The position numbers and the translations under genes were made by a program. From Flavobacteriaceae bacterium (GTDB lineage: Bacteria; Bacteroidota; Bacteroidia; Flavobacteriales; Flavobacteriaceae), in the NCBI GenBank assembly GCA_965224465.1, contig OZ245049.1, positions 5,130,001 to 5,162,000 on the forward strand: 32,000 nt of DNA, read 5' to 3'. The notes under the pieces were generated by a model. The model had not been told where the DNA came from and ran no database searches. It was given only the letters and a program-made list of their open reading frames with translations. Position 1 is the stretch's first letter; each line of letters begins with the position of its first letter. Positions 1 through 9,281 of the stretch are shown here, one piece after another.

Positions 1-162
1 TCTTATAACCGATTTTAAAACGCATGCCTAAATACTGCTATATAAAACAAATCAGTATCAAAAAACAGAACGATAGTTAAGTCTATCCACCCCTTTTTTC
101 GCCTAGCTAAAATAAAAATTATGTCCATTTCTAAGCCGTCACTTCTAAATGTATTTAGTATT
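1..162 (-). repeat. Intergenic repeat family, copy D (inverted orientation, cut by the window edge, distal half diverged)
   Basis: The reverse complement of 60-162 reads aatactaaatacatttagaagtgacggcttagaaatggacataatttttattttagctaggcgaaaaaagg..cgttctgtttttt. This aligns with the left and central parts of the copies at 2973, 15585 and 29296. The distal part (1-60) shares only the atcggtta motif. Confidence 0.7.
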
Positions 163-429
163 AGATTCGTACAAGGATATCAGTACGCTGCTTTATAGAG
201 GGAATGTGAGGTTTTTAAAGCTGCTTTATCTAAAATAGTTGCAAGGCAGCTGTACAAACATCAAAGAATTTAAAATAAAAGCATAAAAAGTATTGAATGC
301 ATTCATTGATTTATAGCGAGTATTGCACAAAAGAGTCCTTTAATAGGAATAGGATCCTTTATTTCACCCATCATCTTACATTTTTAACAAAAAAACACAC
401 CTAATGCCACGATAATCAAAACAGTTTAT

Positions 430-437
430 TATTTTTG
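430..437 (+). promoter_or_regulatory. Bacteroidota-type -7 promoter box (TATTTTTG)
   Basis: Exact match to the TAnnTTTG consensus, 20 nt upstream of the ATG at 457. Confidence 0.5.
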
Positions 438-456
438 CCAAAACAAATATTAAAAA

Positions 457-1302
457 ATGGCAACAACACAACAATTACAAGATTTTTCACAACAAGTTCG
501 AAGAGATATTCTTAGAATGGTACACGCTGTACAATCAGGGCATCCAGGAGGGTCTTTAGGTTGTACTGAGTTTTTAACAGTTTTATTTCAAGAGGTAATG
601 GATCACGATCCATCTTTTAATATGGATGCGAAAAACGAAGATGTATTTTTCTTGTCAAATGGTCATATTTCACCTGTTTTATACAGTGTGTTAGCACGTA
701 GTGGATATTTCCCAGTAAGTGAATTGGCAACGTTTAGATTGTTAAACACCCGTTTACAAGGACACCCAACTACGCATGAAGGATTGCCTGGTGTGCGTAT
801 TGCATCGGGATCTTTAGGACAGGGAATGAGTGTTGCTATTGGAGTAGCAGAGGCTAAAAAATTGGATGGAGATACTAAGACTGTGTATACATTGCACGGT
901 GATGGTGAATTACAAGAAGGTCAAGTTTGGGAATCAGCAATGTATGCTGCAGGAAAAAACGTAGACAATTTAATTTGTACTATAGATTATAATAAAAAGC
1001 AAATTGATGGCCCTACAGATCTCGTAATGCCTATGGGTGATTTAAGAGCGAAATTTGAAGCTTTTGGTTGGATTGTTTTGGATGTTGATAAAGGAAACGA
1101 TATTGAGGCTATTAAAAAAGGATTGTCAGAAGCTAAATCTAAAACAGGAAACGGAAAACCTGTATGTATTTTATTACACTCAGAAATGGGGAATGGGGTA
1201 GATTTTATGATGGGAACACATGCTTGGCATGGAAAACCACCAAGTGATGATCAGTTGGCATCTGCTTTAGCTCAGAATCCTGAGACATTGGGAGACTATT
1301 AA
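457..1302 (+). CDS. Transketolase, N-terminal (thiamine-diphosphate-binding) subunit of a split transketolase
   Basis: 281 aa. Contains SGHPGGSLG near the N-terminus and a GDGELQEG Mg/ThDP-binding motif. Its length matches the N-terminal half only. Confidence 0.9.
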   Translation: MATTQQLQDFSQQVRRDILRMVHAVQSGHPGGSLGCTEFLTVLFQEVMDHDPSFNMDAKNEDVFFLSNGHISPVLYSVLARSGYFPVSELATFRLLNTRLQGHPTTHEGLPGVRIASGSLGQGMSVAIGVAEAKKLDGDTKTVYTLHGDGELQEGQVWESAMYAAGKNVDNLICTIDYNKKQIDGPTDLVMPMGDLRAKFEAFGWIVLDVDKGNDIEAIKKGLSEAKSKTGNGKPVCILLHSEMGNGVDFMMGTHAWHGKPPSDDQLASALAQNPETLGDY

Positions 1303-1326
1303 GAAATTAGAAAATAAACATATACG

Positions 1327-1357
1327 AAGCTCTCTGTCATTGATAGAGAGCTTTTTT
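1327..1357 (+). terminator. Rho-independent terminator after the transketolase subunit
   Basis: 9-bp perfect stem AAGCTCTCT/AGAGAGCTT with a 9-nt loop, followed by a T-run. Confidence 0.8.
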
Positions 1358-1441
1358 AACGTATTTTTTTAAAGAAATACGCTGTATTTTGTAAGTAAAC
1401 CATTATTTTTACGAACAAAGAAAGATTAAATTTTAAAATAT

Positions 1442-2578
1442 ATGAAAATAGGTATTGTGTGTTATCCAACATTTGGAGGGAGTGGGGTAGTGGCAACAGA
1501 ATTAGGAATGGCTTTGGCAGAAAAAGGGCATCAGGTTCATTTTATCACTTATAAACAACCTGTACGTTTAGATTTTATTAGCGATAATATTCATTTTCAT
1601 GAAGTTTTTGTGGAGGAATATCCCCTGTTTCAGTTTCAGCCATACGAATTGGCTTTATCTAGTAAAATGGTGGAAGTTGTAGAAATGCATCACTTAGAAA
1701 TACTGCATGTACATTATGCAATTCCTCATGCATATGCGGCTTATATGGCCAAACAAATGCTCGCAGAAAAAGGGATTTCTGTAAAGGTAGTTACCACGCT
1801 ACACGGTACAGATATTACGTTGGTTGGAAGTCATCCTACCTATAAAACGGCGGTAGAATTTAGCATTAACAATTCGGATGTTGTAACCACGGTTTCTGAT
1901 AGTTTAAAAAGAGATACACTGCGCTTGTTTGATATTAAAAAAGAAATTAAAGTTATTTATAATTTTATAGACTTTGAAAAATACCCTAAAATTACAGATG
2001 CAGAGTGCAAACGGAATTCAATTGCTAAAAATAACGAACGTATTATTTCACATGTTAGTAACCTGAGAGAAGTGAAACGTCCATTGGATGTGATTAAAAT
2101 TTTTTCAAGGATAGAAAAAGCCATTCCTTCTAAATTATTGGTGATTGGAGATGGACCTGCTCGCGAGTCTATGGAATGTTTGACAAAAGAGTTGGGGCTG
2201 TCAGAAAAGGTGTTGTTTTTAGGGAATAGTAATGAGGTAGGAAAACTATTGTGTTATTCTGATTTGTTCTTGTTACCTTCAGAAACCGAGAGTTTTGGTT
2301 TGGCGGCATTGGAAGCAATGGCAGCTAGGACACCGGTAATTTCAACAAATTCAGGAGGTTTACCAGAAGTAAATTTTCATGGTAAAACAGGATACCTCAG
2401 TGATATTGGAGATATAAAGGACATGGCAGATAATGCCATTTTTATGCTGAAAGATGAGGAGCGTTTGGCTGCATTTAAAATAAGGGCTTTTGAAAATGCG
2501 CAAAGATTCTCACTTCAAAACGTACTTCCTAGCTATAAAAAAATATACAAGGATGTGATTGGGGAAGATTGTGACTAG
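1442..2578 (+). CDS. bshA: GT4 glycosyltransferase, N-acetyl-alpha-D-glucosaminyl L-malate synthase (bacillithiol biosynthesis)
   Basis: The N-terminus MKIGIVCYPTFGGSGVVATELGMALAEKGHQVHFIT closely resembles characterised BshA. A C-terminal E-x7-E type GT4 motif (SETESFGLAALEAMA) is present. Confidence 0.8.
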   Translation: MKIGIVCYPTFGGSGVVATELGMALAEKGHQVHFITYKQPVRLDFISDNIHFHEVFVEEYPLFQFQPYELALSSKMVEVVEMHHLEILHVHYAIPHAYAAYMAKQMLAEKGISVKVVTTLHGTDITLVGSHPTYKTAVEFSINNSDVVTTVSDSLKRDTLRLFDIKKEIKVIYNFIDFEKYPKITDAECKRNSIAKNNERIISHVSNLREVKRPLDVIKIFSRIEKAIPSKLLVIGDGPARESMECLTKELGLSEKVLFLGNSNEVGKLLCYSDLFLLPSETESFGLAALEAMAARTPVISTNSGGLPEVNFHGKTGYLSDIGDIKDMADNAIFMLKDEERLAAFKIRAFENAQRFSLQNVLPSYKKIYKDVIGEDCD

Positions 2579-2793
2579 TTTTAGCCCTTTACAATTGTCT
2601 GACGAACCTTGAGGTGTATTTGAAATTTGTACGCACTTTTATTCGTAAAAATCACTGGACTTATAAGACGCAAATAATAAGTACCTGTTTCTATTGCTGT
2701 GTGTTTGATTGCATTCAGCATGTTAATTTTTATGCGTTCTTAATCTGCATTAGTTTTTTTGTGAACACAAATTTAGTTTGCTTTTCCTATGGA

Positions 2794-2845
2794 GATACCA
2801 AATGTATTTCTATATGGAAGTGTACATCGGTCATTTGGATGTGTT
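2794..2845 (+). repeat. Internally deleted mini-derivative of the intergenic repeat (both termini joined)
   Basis: gataccaaatgtatttc..aagtg matches the left terminus and tacatcggtcatttggatgtg matches the right terminus of the full-length copies. About 105 bp of internal sequence is missing. Confidence 0.6.
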
Positions 2846-2972
2846 TTGGCTATGGAACCCATTTGTTTTTGTGAAATCGTATCATTATATTAAATTATTT
2901 TCCACAAGGTAAAAGTTAAAATAGCTTGTAAAAAAGAAACAATATAATGCGGCATTATAAGGTTAAATACGA

Positions 2973-3135
2973 GTTATACCAAATATATTTTCAAGTGACG
3001 ATTTAGAAATGGAATTATTTTTTGTTCTAGCTAGGCGGAAAATCTAAGGATAGCCTTTATCGTTCTATTTTTTAAGAACGCTAGAACGTAAAATAAACTA
3101 TTTACATCGGTTATTTTGGATTGTAATTGATATTA
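2973..3135 (+). repeat. Intergenic repeat family, copy A (full length)
   Basis: Aligns over its whole length with 15585-15738 and 29296-29450. Shared blocks are gttataccaaata, gacg(a/g)tttagaaatggaattatttttt, taggcg(g)aaaat, aacgctagaacgtaaaataaactattta(c/t)atcggt and attttggatt. Confidence 0.85.
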
Positions 3136-3156
3136 GCCCTCTAGTAGAGGACAGGT

Positions 3157-4224
3157 TTAGCAATTGTAGTAATCTAAAGAAGCAACCATGTTTTCTTTTG
3201 TTACATGGCAATCTATTACAAAATCTTCTATTGCTTTTAAGAGCACAAATTTCACTTGATTTCCTACATTTTTTTTGTCGTGGATAAGCATTTCTAAAAT
3301 GGCTTCGTACTCAGAAGTTTCAATATGTACACGACCGTATATTTGTAAGACATGGTGTTTTATGGATTCAACGTCATCTATTGGGAAACCTAATTGTTTA
3401 TAGGAAATGTAAGCAGCACAGACCATTCCTATAGCAATGGCTTCTCCATGTGTTAAGGATTCTTTACTGTCCGAATCTAAGAAATAGGACTCAATGGCAT
3501 GACCGAGAGTATGCCCGTAATTAAGTACTTTTCTCAAGTGTCCTTCTTTTGGATCTTTTAAAACTACCTTGTTTTTAATTTCTATCGATGGGTGAATTAG
3601 TTTTTTGAGTGCATCGATTTCTAAAGATTCATAATTCTTGATAGTTTCCCATATCTGAATATCAAATGTAAGTCCGTATTTGATGATTTCTGCCAGTCCA
3701 GATCTGATTTCTCTTTCTGGCAAAGTTTCTAAAAAACAGGGATCTATAAGAACCATTTCAGGATAAGAAAATAAACCAATTTGATTTTTGAGTACGCCTA
3801 AGTCAACACCTGTTTTTCCTCCTACAGACGCATCTACCATACTAAGTAAGGTAGTAGGGATATTTACAAACCAAATACCACGTTTAAAGGTAGAAGCTAT
3901 AAAACCTCCCATATCTGTAATTACACCGCCTCCAAGGTTTATCAGTAAACTTTTTCTATCTGCTCCTAAATCTGTAAGTGTCCCCCACAGTCCCATGCAA
4001 GTGTCTAGGTTTTTATGAACTTCACCAGATTCTATTTCTAGCATTTCAATTTCGCAATGTGTTTCTAGCTGAGCCAATAAAATAGGGGCACAATGTTCAT
4101 GTGTGTTTTCGTCAACAAGAATAAAAATTTTTGAAGGGGTATTTTCAAGAATAAACGCATTTAATGCGCGAAATGAATACTCATTAAAGTGGACATGATA
4201 ATTATCAGATAAAATTGACTGCAT
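3157..4224 (-). CDS. aroB: 3-dehydroquinate synthase
   Basis: 355 aa. Contains the nucleotide-binding GGGVITDMGGF motif and the metal-binding HTLGHAIE motif typical of AroB. Confidence 0.9.
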   Translation of the reverse strand: MQSILSDNYHVHFNEYSFRALNAFILENTPSKIFILVDENTHEHCAPILLAQLETHCEIEMLEIESGEVHKNLDTCMGLWGTLTDLGADRKSLLINLGGGVITDMGGFIASTFKRGIWFVNIPTTLLSMVDASVGGKTGVDLGVLKNQIGLFSYPEMVLIDPCFLETLPEREIRSGLAEIIKYGLTFDIQIWETIKNYESLEIDALKKLIHPSIEIKNKVVLKDPKEGHLRKVLNYGHTLGHAIESYFLDSDSKESLTHGEAIAIGMVCAAYISYKQLGFPIDDVESIKHHVLQIYGRVHIETSEYEAILEMLIHDKKNVGNQVKFVLLKAIEDFVIDCHVTKENMVASLDYYNC

Positions 4225-4283
4225 TTTTACGAATTTAGATGCAAATTAAGGCTAAAAAATCGAATTATTAAAGCCTTACGTAT

Positions 4284-4291
4284 TATCTTTG
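4284..4291 (+). promoter_or_regulatory. -7 promoter box (TATCTTTG)
   Basis: Exact TAnnTTTG match, 22 nt upstream of the GTG start at 4313. Confidence 0.45.
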
Positions 4292-4312
4292 TAACATCTA
4301 AATTTTACCGAA

Positions 4313-5479
4313 GTGAAAAACATATTTAACAACACAAAAACAGCATTTGCCTTAAAGACTGATAGTCAGTTAGAAAGAGCGTATTTTTTGTTTGGAATGA
4401 TTAAGCGAGAACCCTTAGTGAAAATAGGGACGGCATTGACTAAGTTTGCTTTGAATGCAAGGTTACCAGTAGAAAGACTTATAAGGGCAACAGTGTTTGA
4501 TCATTTTTGTGGTGGGGTTACTGAAGAAGATTGTATGCCGAATATAAATAAAATGTATACTAAAAATGTACATTCTATCTTGGATTATTCAGCAGAAGGA
4601 AAAGAAGTAGAAGAACAGTTTGATTTTGCAATGTATAAAACCCTCAATACTATTGTATATGCTAAAGAGAATAAATCAATTCCATTTGCGGTATTTAAAC
4701 CTACAGGTTTTGGTAAATTAAGTTTGTATCAGAAGGTGTCTGAAGGAGAAAAATTAGATGCTCATGAGGAGGTAGAATGGAAACGTATAGTAGAACGTTA
4801 CAATACGGTGAGTAAGGCTGCAGAAAAAGCCAATGTGCCATTACTTATAGATGCTGAAGAATCTTGGATGCAGGATGCAGCAGATCAATTGATAGAACGC
4901 ATGATGGAAAAATACAATACAGAGCGGGTGATTGTGTTTGGAACCTTGCAATTGTATCGTTGGGATCGTATGGATTACTTAAAAGGATTGTACGAAAGAG
5001 CGCAAAATAAAGGCTTTAAAATTGGGATGAAATTAGTGCGCGGAGCTTATATGGAAAAAGAACGTGAGCGTGCAGAAGAATATGGCTATAAAGATCCTAT
5101 TTGTGCAAGCAAAGAAATTACAGATGCCAATTACAATGCGGTGCTTTCTTATATGTTTGAACATCTTAGAGATATGGCTATATTTTCTGGGACTCATAAC
5201 GAGGATAGCTCTAAATTAATGATGGATTTGATTGATAAACATGGATTGTCTGTGAACGATCCTCGTTTGTGGTTTGGTCAATTGTTCGGTATGAGCGATC
5301 ATATTAGTTATAATTTGAGTGAGCGCTCCTTTAATGTCGCTAAATATTTGCCATTTGGTCCGGTAAAAGATGTGATGCCTTATTTGATTAGACGTGCAGA
5401 AGAAAACACCTCTGTAGCAGGGCAAACAACTAGAGAATTAGACTTGATTAGCACGGAACGAAAACGAAGAAAAATGTAA
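4313..5479 (+). CDS. Proline dehydrogenase (monofunctional PRODH family)
   Basis: 388 aa. PRODH-like blocks are present (LVRGAYMEKERERA, YLPFGPVKDVMPYLIRRAEENTS). The start is a GTG as given by the ORF track, so the exact start is uncertain. Confidence 0.8.
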   Translation: MKNIFNNTKTAFALKTDSQLERAYFLFGMIKREPLVKIGTALTKFALNARLPVERLIRATVFDHFCGGVTEEDCMPNINKMYTKNVHSILDYSAEGKEVEEQFDFAMYKTLNTIVYAKENKSIPFAVFKPTGFGKLSLYQKVSEGEKLDAHEEVEWKRIVERYNTVSKAAEKANVPLLIDAEESWMQDAADQLIERMMEKYNTERVIVFGTLQLYRWDRMDYLKGLYERAQNKGFKIGMKLVRGAYMEKERERAEEYGYKDPICASKEITDANYNAVLSYMFEHLRDMAIFSGTHNEDSSKLMMDLIDKHGLSVNDPRLWFGQLFGMSDHISYNLSERSFNVAKYLPFGPVKDVMPYLIRRAEENTSVAGQTTRELDLISTERKRRKM

Positions 5480-5505
5480 TAAATACAGGTTGAAAATTTT
5501 AAAAA

Positions 5506-5533
5506 AGTTGAAGTGAAAACTTCAACTTTTTTG
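5506..5533 (+). terminator. Rho-independent terminator after the proline dehydrogenase gene
   Basis: Stem AGTTGAAGT/ACTTCAACT with a GAAA loop, flanked by an A-run upstream and a T-run downstream. Confidence 0.8.
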
Positions 5534-5788
5534 TTTTTTTAAATTCTTAAAAGCACCTATTCTCTTTTGTTTTGAAAAGTAAACGGAAAATTTTTATTGG
5601 TTGATTATTGCTGTTTTGATTGGAGGGAAGTGGTTTTATGCGGGTGTTATTTTGAGAAAATATCCTAAAATAATTAAGAATAAATACCATGGACTTGTTA
5701 TTTACAAGGAATATAGTTGTTATTTCATGTATTTTGTATGATATGCGTCATTATTTCATTTTTATTCAATTTATAATAATAAATAGAT

Positions 5789-5796
5789 TACTTTTG
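5789..5796 (+). promoter_or_regulatory. -7 promoter box (TACTTTTG)
   Basis: Exact TAnnTTTG match, 20 nt upstream of the ATG at 5816. Confidence 0.5.
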
Positions 5797-5815
5797 CACA
5801 TCAAAAAATTAGAAG

Positions 5816-7588
5816 ATGCAATCTATTAGAAACATCGCTATTATAGCACACGTCGATCACGGGAAAACTACATTGGTTGATAAAATTATTGATCAAGCAA
5901 AAATTCTTGATGATAGGAAAGTAAGAACTGAATTATTATTAGATAGTAATGATTTGGAAAGAGAACGTGGTATTACCATTTTATCTAAAAACGTTTCTAT
6001 AAATTATAAGGGTATAAAAATCAATGTAATTGATACTCCAGGGCATGCCGATTTTGGTGGCGAAGTAGAACGAGTATTAAAAATGGCTGATGGTGTATTG
6101 CTTTTAGTAGACGCATTTGAAGGGCCAATGCCACAAACAAGATTTGTACTTGGAAAAGCAATCGAATTAGGATTAACTCCTATTGTTGTGGTAAACAAGG
6201 TAGATAAGGAAAACTGTACACCAGACATCGTTCACGAAAAAGTGTTTGATTTAATGTTCGCATTGGATGCATCAGAAGAACAATTAGACTTTACGACTAT
6301 TTATGGTTCTGCTAAAAATGGTTGGATGAGCACTGATTGGAAAGATCCTAAAGAAGATATTACGGATTTGTTAGATGCTGTATTGGAAACAATTCCAGAA
6401 GCACCATATAGAGTTGGGACTCCTCAAATGCAAATTACATCATTAGATTTCTCTGCATTTACAGGACGTATTGCTATTGGTCGTGTATTTAGAGGAGATT
6501 TAGAAGAAAATAAAGATTACATGTTGTGTAAAGCTGATGGTGTTACTAAGAAAGTACGTATCAAAGAATTACACGTGTTTGAAGGGATGGGTAAAGTCAA
6601 AGTTTCAAAAGTTCGTAGTGGAGATATTTGTGCTATTACAGGGATTGAGGGATTCGAAATTGGTGATACCATTGCTGATCTAGAAGAACCAGAAGCATTG
6701 CCTCGTATTAAAGTAGATCAACCTACAATGAGCATGTTATTTACCATTAATAATTCTCCATTCTTTGGGAAAGAAGGAAAATTTGTAACGTCTCGTCATT
6801 TACGTGATCGTTTGTTCAAAGAAACTGAGAAAAACTTAGCATTGCGTGTAGATACTACAGATAGTGAAGATAAATTCATGGTTTTTGGCCGTGGAGTTTT
6901 GCACTTGTCAGTATTGATCGAAACCATGCGTAGAGAAGGATATGAATTACAAGTGGGACGTCCACAAGTAATTATTAAAACAATAGACGGTGTTAAATCT
7001 GAACCAATTGAAACATTGGTAGTAGATGTACCAGAACATTCTTCTAGTAAAGTAGTAAATTTAGTTTCGTTACGTAAAGGTGATTTATTAGTGATGGAAC
7101 CAAAAGGAGATTTACAACATCTAGAATTTGAAATTCCTTCTCGTGGATTGATAGGTTTGCGTAATAAAATTTTAACTGCAACTTCAGGTGAAGCGATCGT
7201 AAATCATACATTTTTAAAATTCGGCCCTTATAAAGGTGATTTTAATGATGTAGTAAACGGAGCATTGATATCTGCTGAAGCGGGAAGAGCAACTGCATAT
7301 TCTATCGATAAATTAGGAGATAGAGGTATCTTCTTTATTGATGTGAATCAAGAAATATACAAAGGACAAGTTGTAGGAGAAAACAACCGTCAGGACGATA
7401 TTGCGATCAATTTGACAAAAGGTAAAAAATTGACAAACGTTCGTAAATCAGGAACAGATACTGCTGTAAATATTGCACCTAAGAAAGATTTTTCTTTAGA
7501 GGAATGTATGGAGTATATTAAAAATGATGAATACTTAGAAGTGACTCCTGCTAGTTTGAGAATGCGTAAAATCAACTTTATTAAATAA
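5816..7588 (+). CDS. typA: Translational GTPase TypA/BipA
   Basis: 590 aa. Contains G1 [10 protein letters not shown]3 DTPGHADF and G4 NKVD motifs, with EF-G-like domain order and the TypA-type C-terminal region. Confidence 0.93.
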   Translation: MQSIRNIAIIAHVDHGKTTLVDKIIDQAKILDDRKVRTELLLDSNDLERERGITILSKNVSINYKGIKINVIDTPGHADFGGEVERVLKMADGVLLLVDAFEGPMPQTRFVLGKAIELGLTPIVVVNKVDKENCTPDIVHEKVFDLMFALDASEEQLDFTTIYGSAKNGWMSTDWKDPKEDITDLLDAVLETIPEAPYRVGTPQMQITSLDFSAFTGRIAIGRVFRGDLEENKDYMLCKADGVTKKVRIKELHVFEGMGKVKVSKVRSGDICAITGIEGFEIGDTIADLEEPEALPRIKVDQPTMSMLFTINNSPFFGKEGKFVTSRHLRDRLFKETEKNLALRVDTTDSEDKFMVFGRGVLHLSVLIETMRREGYELQVGRPQVIIKTIDGVKSEPIETLVVDVPEHSSSKVVNLVSLRKGDLLVMEPKGDLQHLEFEIPSRGLIGLRNKILTATSGEAIVNHTFLKFGPYKGDFNDVVNGALISAEAGRATAYSIDKLGDRGIFFIDVNQEIYKGQVVGENNRQDDIAINLTKGKKLTNVRKSGTDTAVNIAPKKDFSLEECMEYIKNDEYLEVTPASLRMRKINFIK

Positions 7589-7633
7589 ATAAGATTTTCT
7601 AACATATTCAAAGTTTGCATAGCAAATTTTTTC

Positions 7634-7668
7634 AAAAAAACTTCAATTGAAAGATTGAAGTTTTTTTT
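7634..7668 (+). terminator. Rho-independent (bidirectional-looking) terminator after typA
   Basis: Reads aaaaaaaCTTCAATtgaaagATTGAAGtttttttt. Confidence 0.8.
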
Positions 7669-8449
7669 ATACCTCTAATTGAAACATAATTCTCTCCTAA
7701 GGAAGAGGGTTTTGATTGTTATTTATTCCAGTCTATTTTCGGGATTTCTGTTTGAGAAAACACCAGGCATGAATTGTACATTTACAAAATGTTTTATCTC
7801 AAATGCTAGGAGGAAAGGAGTGCTATCACGGTTCGTGTATGAGTGCGATTAAAACACTACATTACACGGCGTCTAAATAGTTGAAATAAATAATTAGTGA
7901 TTTTTAGAATCAAAAGAAGTTGTTAGACAAATAGAACATATAATGTCAATATTTCCGAATAAAAGTTTTAAAGGATCATTAAAATGTTTTTTTAAGATTT
8001 TATGAAAGGGGGGCTTCAGAATATTCTCCCAAAGATAATATTATTTAGGAAACATGCCTCGTTCTTTTGGGTGAGGTTGTTGATTAAAACGAGTGTTTTG
8101 CTATAGTCTTTAACGGATTGAAGACAGTATTAGAATTACAGGTCTTCTGAAATATAAATAGAATATCTTAACATAAAAGAGAGCAGTTTCACTGTAGTCA
8201 CACGGGATGTAATCCGATTGGCATTGTTGAAATTGATGATTAGTAAGAACTTTGACTCTGCCTCTTTGTGTTAATTTACTTTATAAATTGTGGCTGGTTA
8301 ACCAACTATATAGTTGGGCGTATCTACTGTTTGAGAATGATGGCTTGTGTTTTGATAGATGCATCTAAATTACTCCTTTATTTTACATATAATTCCCCTA
8401 GGACTGGTCTCTAAAAATAAAATAATCTTTCGAAAACAGATTTCATATT

Positions 8450-8560
8450 CTCATATTTAAGTTTTTGATTTGGAAATGGAAGAATTATTTTTTATATTTG
8501 ACTGTAGTAAGCAATCACATTTATAAAACAAGAAGTGTTTTATCGGTTGTATTGAAAACC
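8450..8560 (+). repeat. Possible degenerate, shortened copy of the intergenic repeat
   Basis: aagtttttgatttggaaatggaagaattatttttt resembles the left module and gttttatcggttgtattg resembles the right terminus. The central hairpin region is absent and the match is weak. Confidence 0.35.
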
Positions 8561-8606
8561 CCATACTAATTAATCCCTAATCCCTACCCCCATACCCTAG
8601 TAAGTA

Positions 8607-9110
8607 ATGAAATTTAACAGACTAAAAAACAGCATGCTAGCTTTAGTGTGCCTGCTATCTATCTCATGTACAAATGAGACAACAGATTCCGAAATCATAG
8701 ATGAAACTCAAAAACATTTAAATGTAGGTACCTATACTTCATTTGAAAGTGATGTCTTAAATTTAATAAATGTATATCGCATTTCAAAAAAAATTCCACC
8801 TTTAATAAGATTAGAGTTAGTTTCATCCATTTCTAAGAATCATACCCTTTATATGATAAAAGCTCAAGAGCTAAGTCATGATTATTTTAACAAACGATAT
8901 TTAGAATTGGCATCTAAGGTGCAAGCAACTCTTGTAGGTGAAAATGTTGCTGTTGGATATGCTACTGCAAAAGGTGTGGTAAATGGTTGGATTGCTAGTG
9001 ATGGACATCGAGCTATTATCGAAACCGAAGCATTTACTCATTTTGGTATTTCAATTAAATCGGATAAACAAGGAATGAATTATTTTACAAATATTTTTAT
9101 AAAACGATAA
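8607..9110 (+). CDS. CAP/SCP (PR-1-like) domain lipoprotein
   Basis: 167 aa. Has a signal peptide with a lipobox-like LSISC, and CAP-domain blocks (GENVAVGY, GWIASDGHRAII, THFGIS). Confidence 0.7.
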   Translation: MKFNRLKNSMLALVCLLSISCTNETTDSEIIDETQKHLNVGTYTSFESDVLNLINVYRISKKIPPLIRLELVSSISKNHTLYMIKAQELSHDYFNKRYLELASKVQATLVGENVAVGYATAKGVVNGWIASDGHRAIIETEAFTHFGISIKSDKQGMNYFTNIFIKR

Positions 9111-9113
9111 AAT

Positions 9114-9281
9114 ATGAATTTAGATTTGAAAAAAAACACAGCTAATAATTCGGTGTCTTTAGTTTGTGAGAAGTCAGATAAAAGTCAGATTATTAATATG
9201 GAAGAAGTAAAAATTAATACCTTGATTCCTGAATTTGAATATAACAATTCGAAAAAAGAGACCGTGAGGTATTCATTGTAA
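9114..9281 (+). CDS. Hypothetical 55-aa small ORF immediately after the CAP-domain gene
   Basis: My own translation is MNLDLKKNTANNSVSLVCEKSDKSQIINMEEVKINTLIPEFEYNNSKKETVRYSL. The ATG lies 3 nt after the upstream stop. I recognise no motif in it. Confidence 0.25.
   Translation: MNLDLKKNTANNSVSLVCEKSDKSQIINMEEVKINTLIPEFEYNNSKKETVRYSL

Noticed and set aside
2614-2874. 86-aa ORF from the ORF track in the bshA-aroB spacer
   Set aside because: It has an alternative (GTG) start and a Cys/Phe-rich low-complexity translation with no recognisable motif. It also overlaps the mini repeat derivative at 2794-2845. It looks like a chance ORF in non-coding DNA.
7806-7830. aggaggaaaggagtgc resembles the GAGGAAAG core of RNase P RNA
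   Set aside because: Only the 8-nt core matches. None of the other conserved RNase P helices or motifs is present nearby.
8549-8600. C-rich tract with CCCTAA-like and CCCCATAC repeats just upstream of the CAP-domain gene
   Set aside because: There are only two imperfect copies of each. It is unusual in an AT-rich genome, but too short to distinguish from chance, and I cannot assign it a known function.
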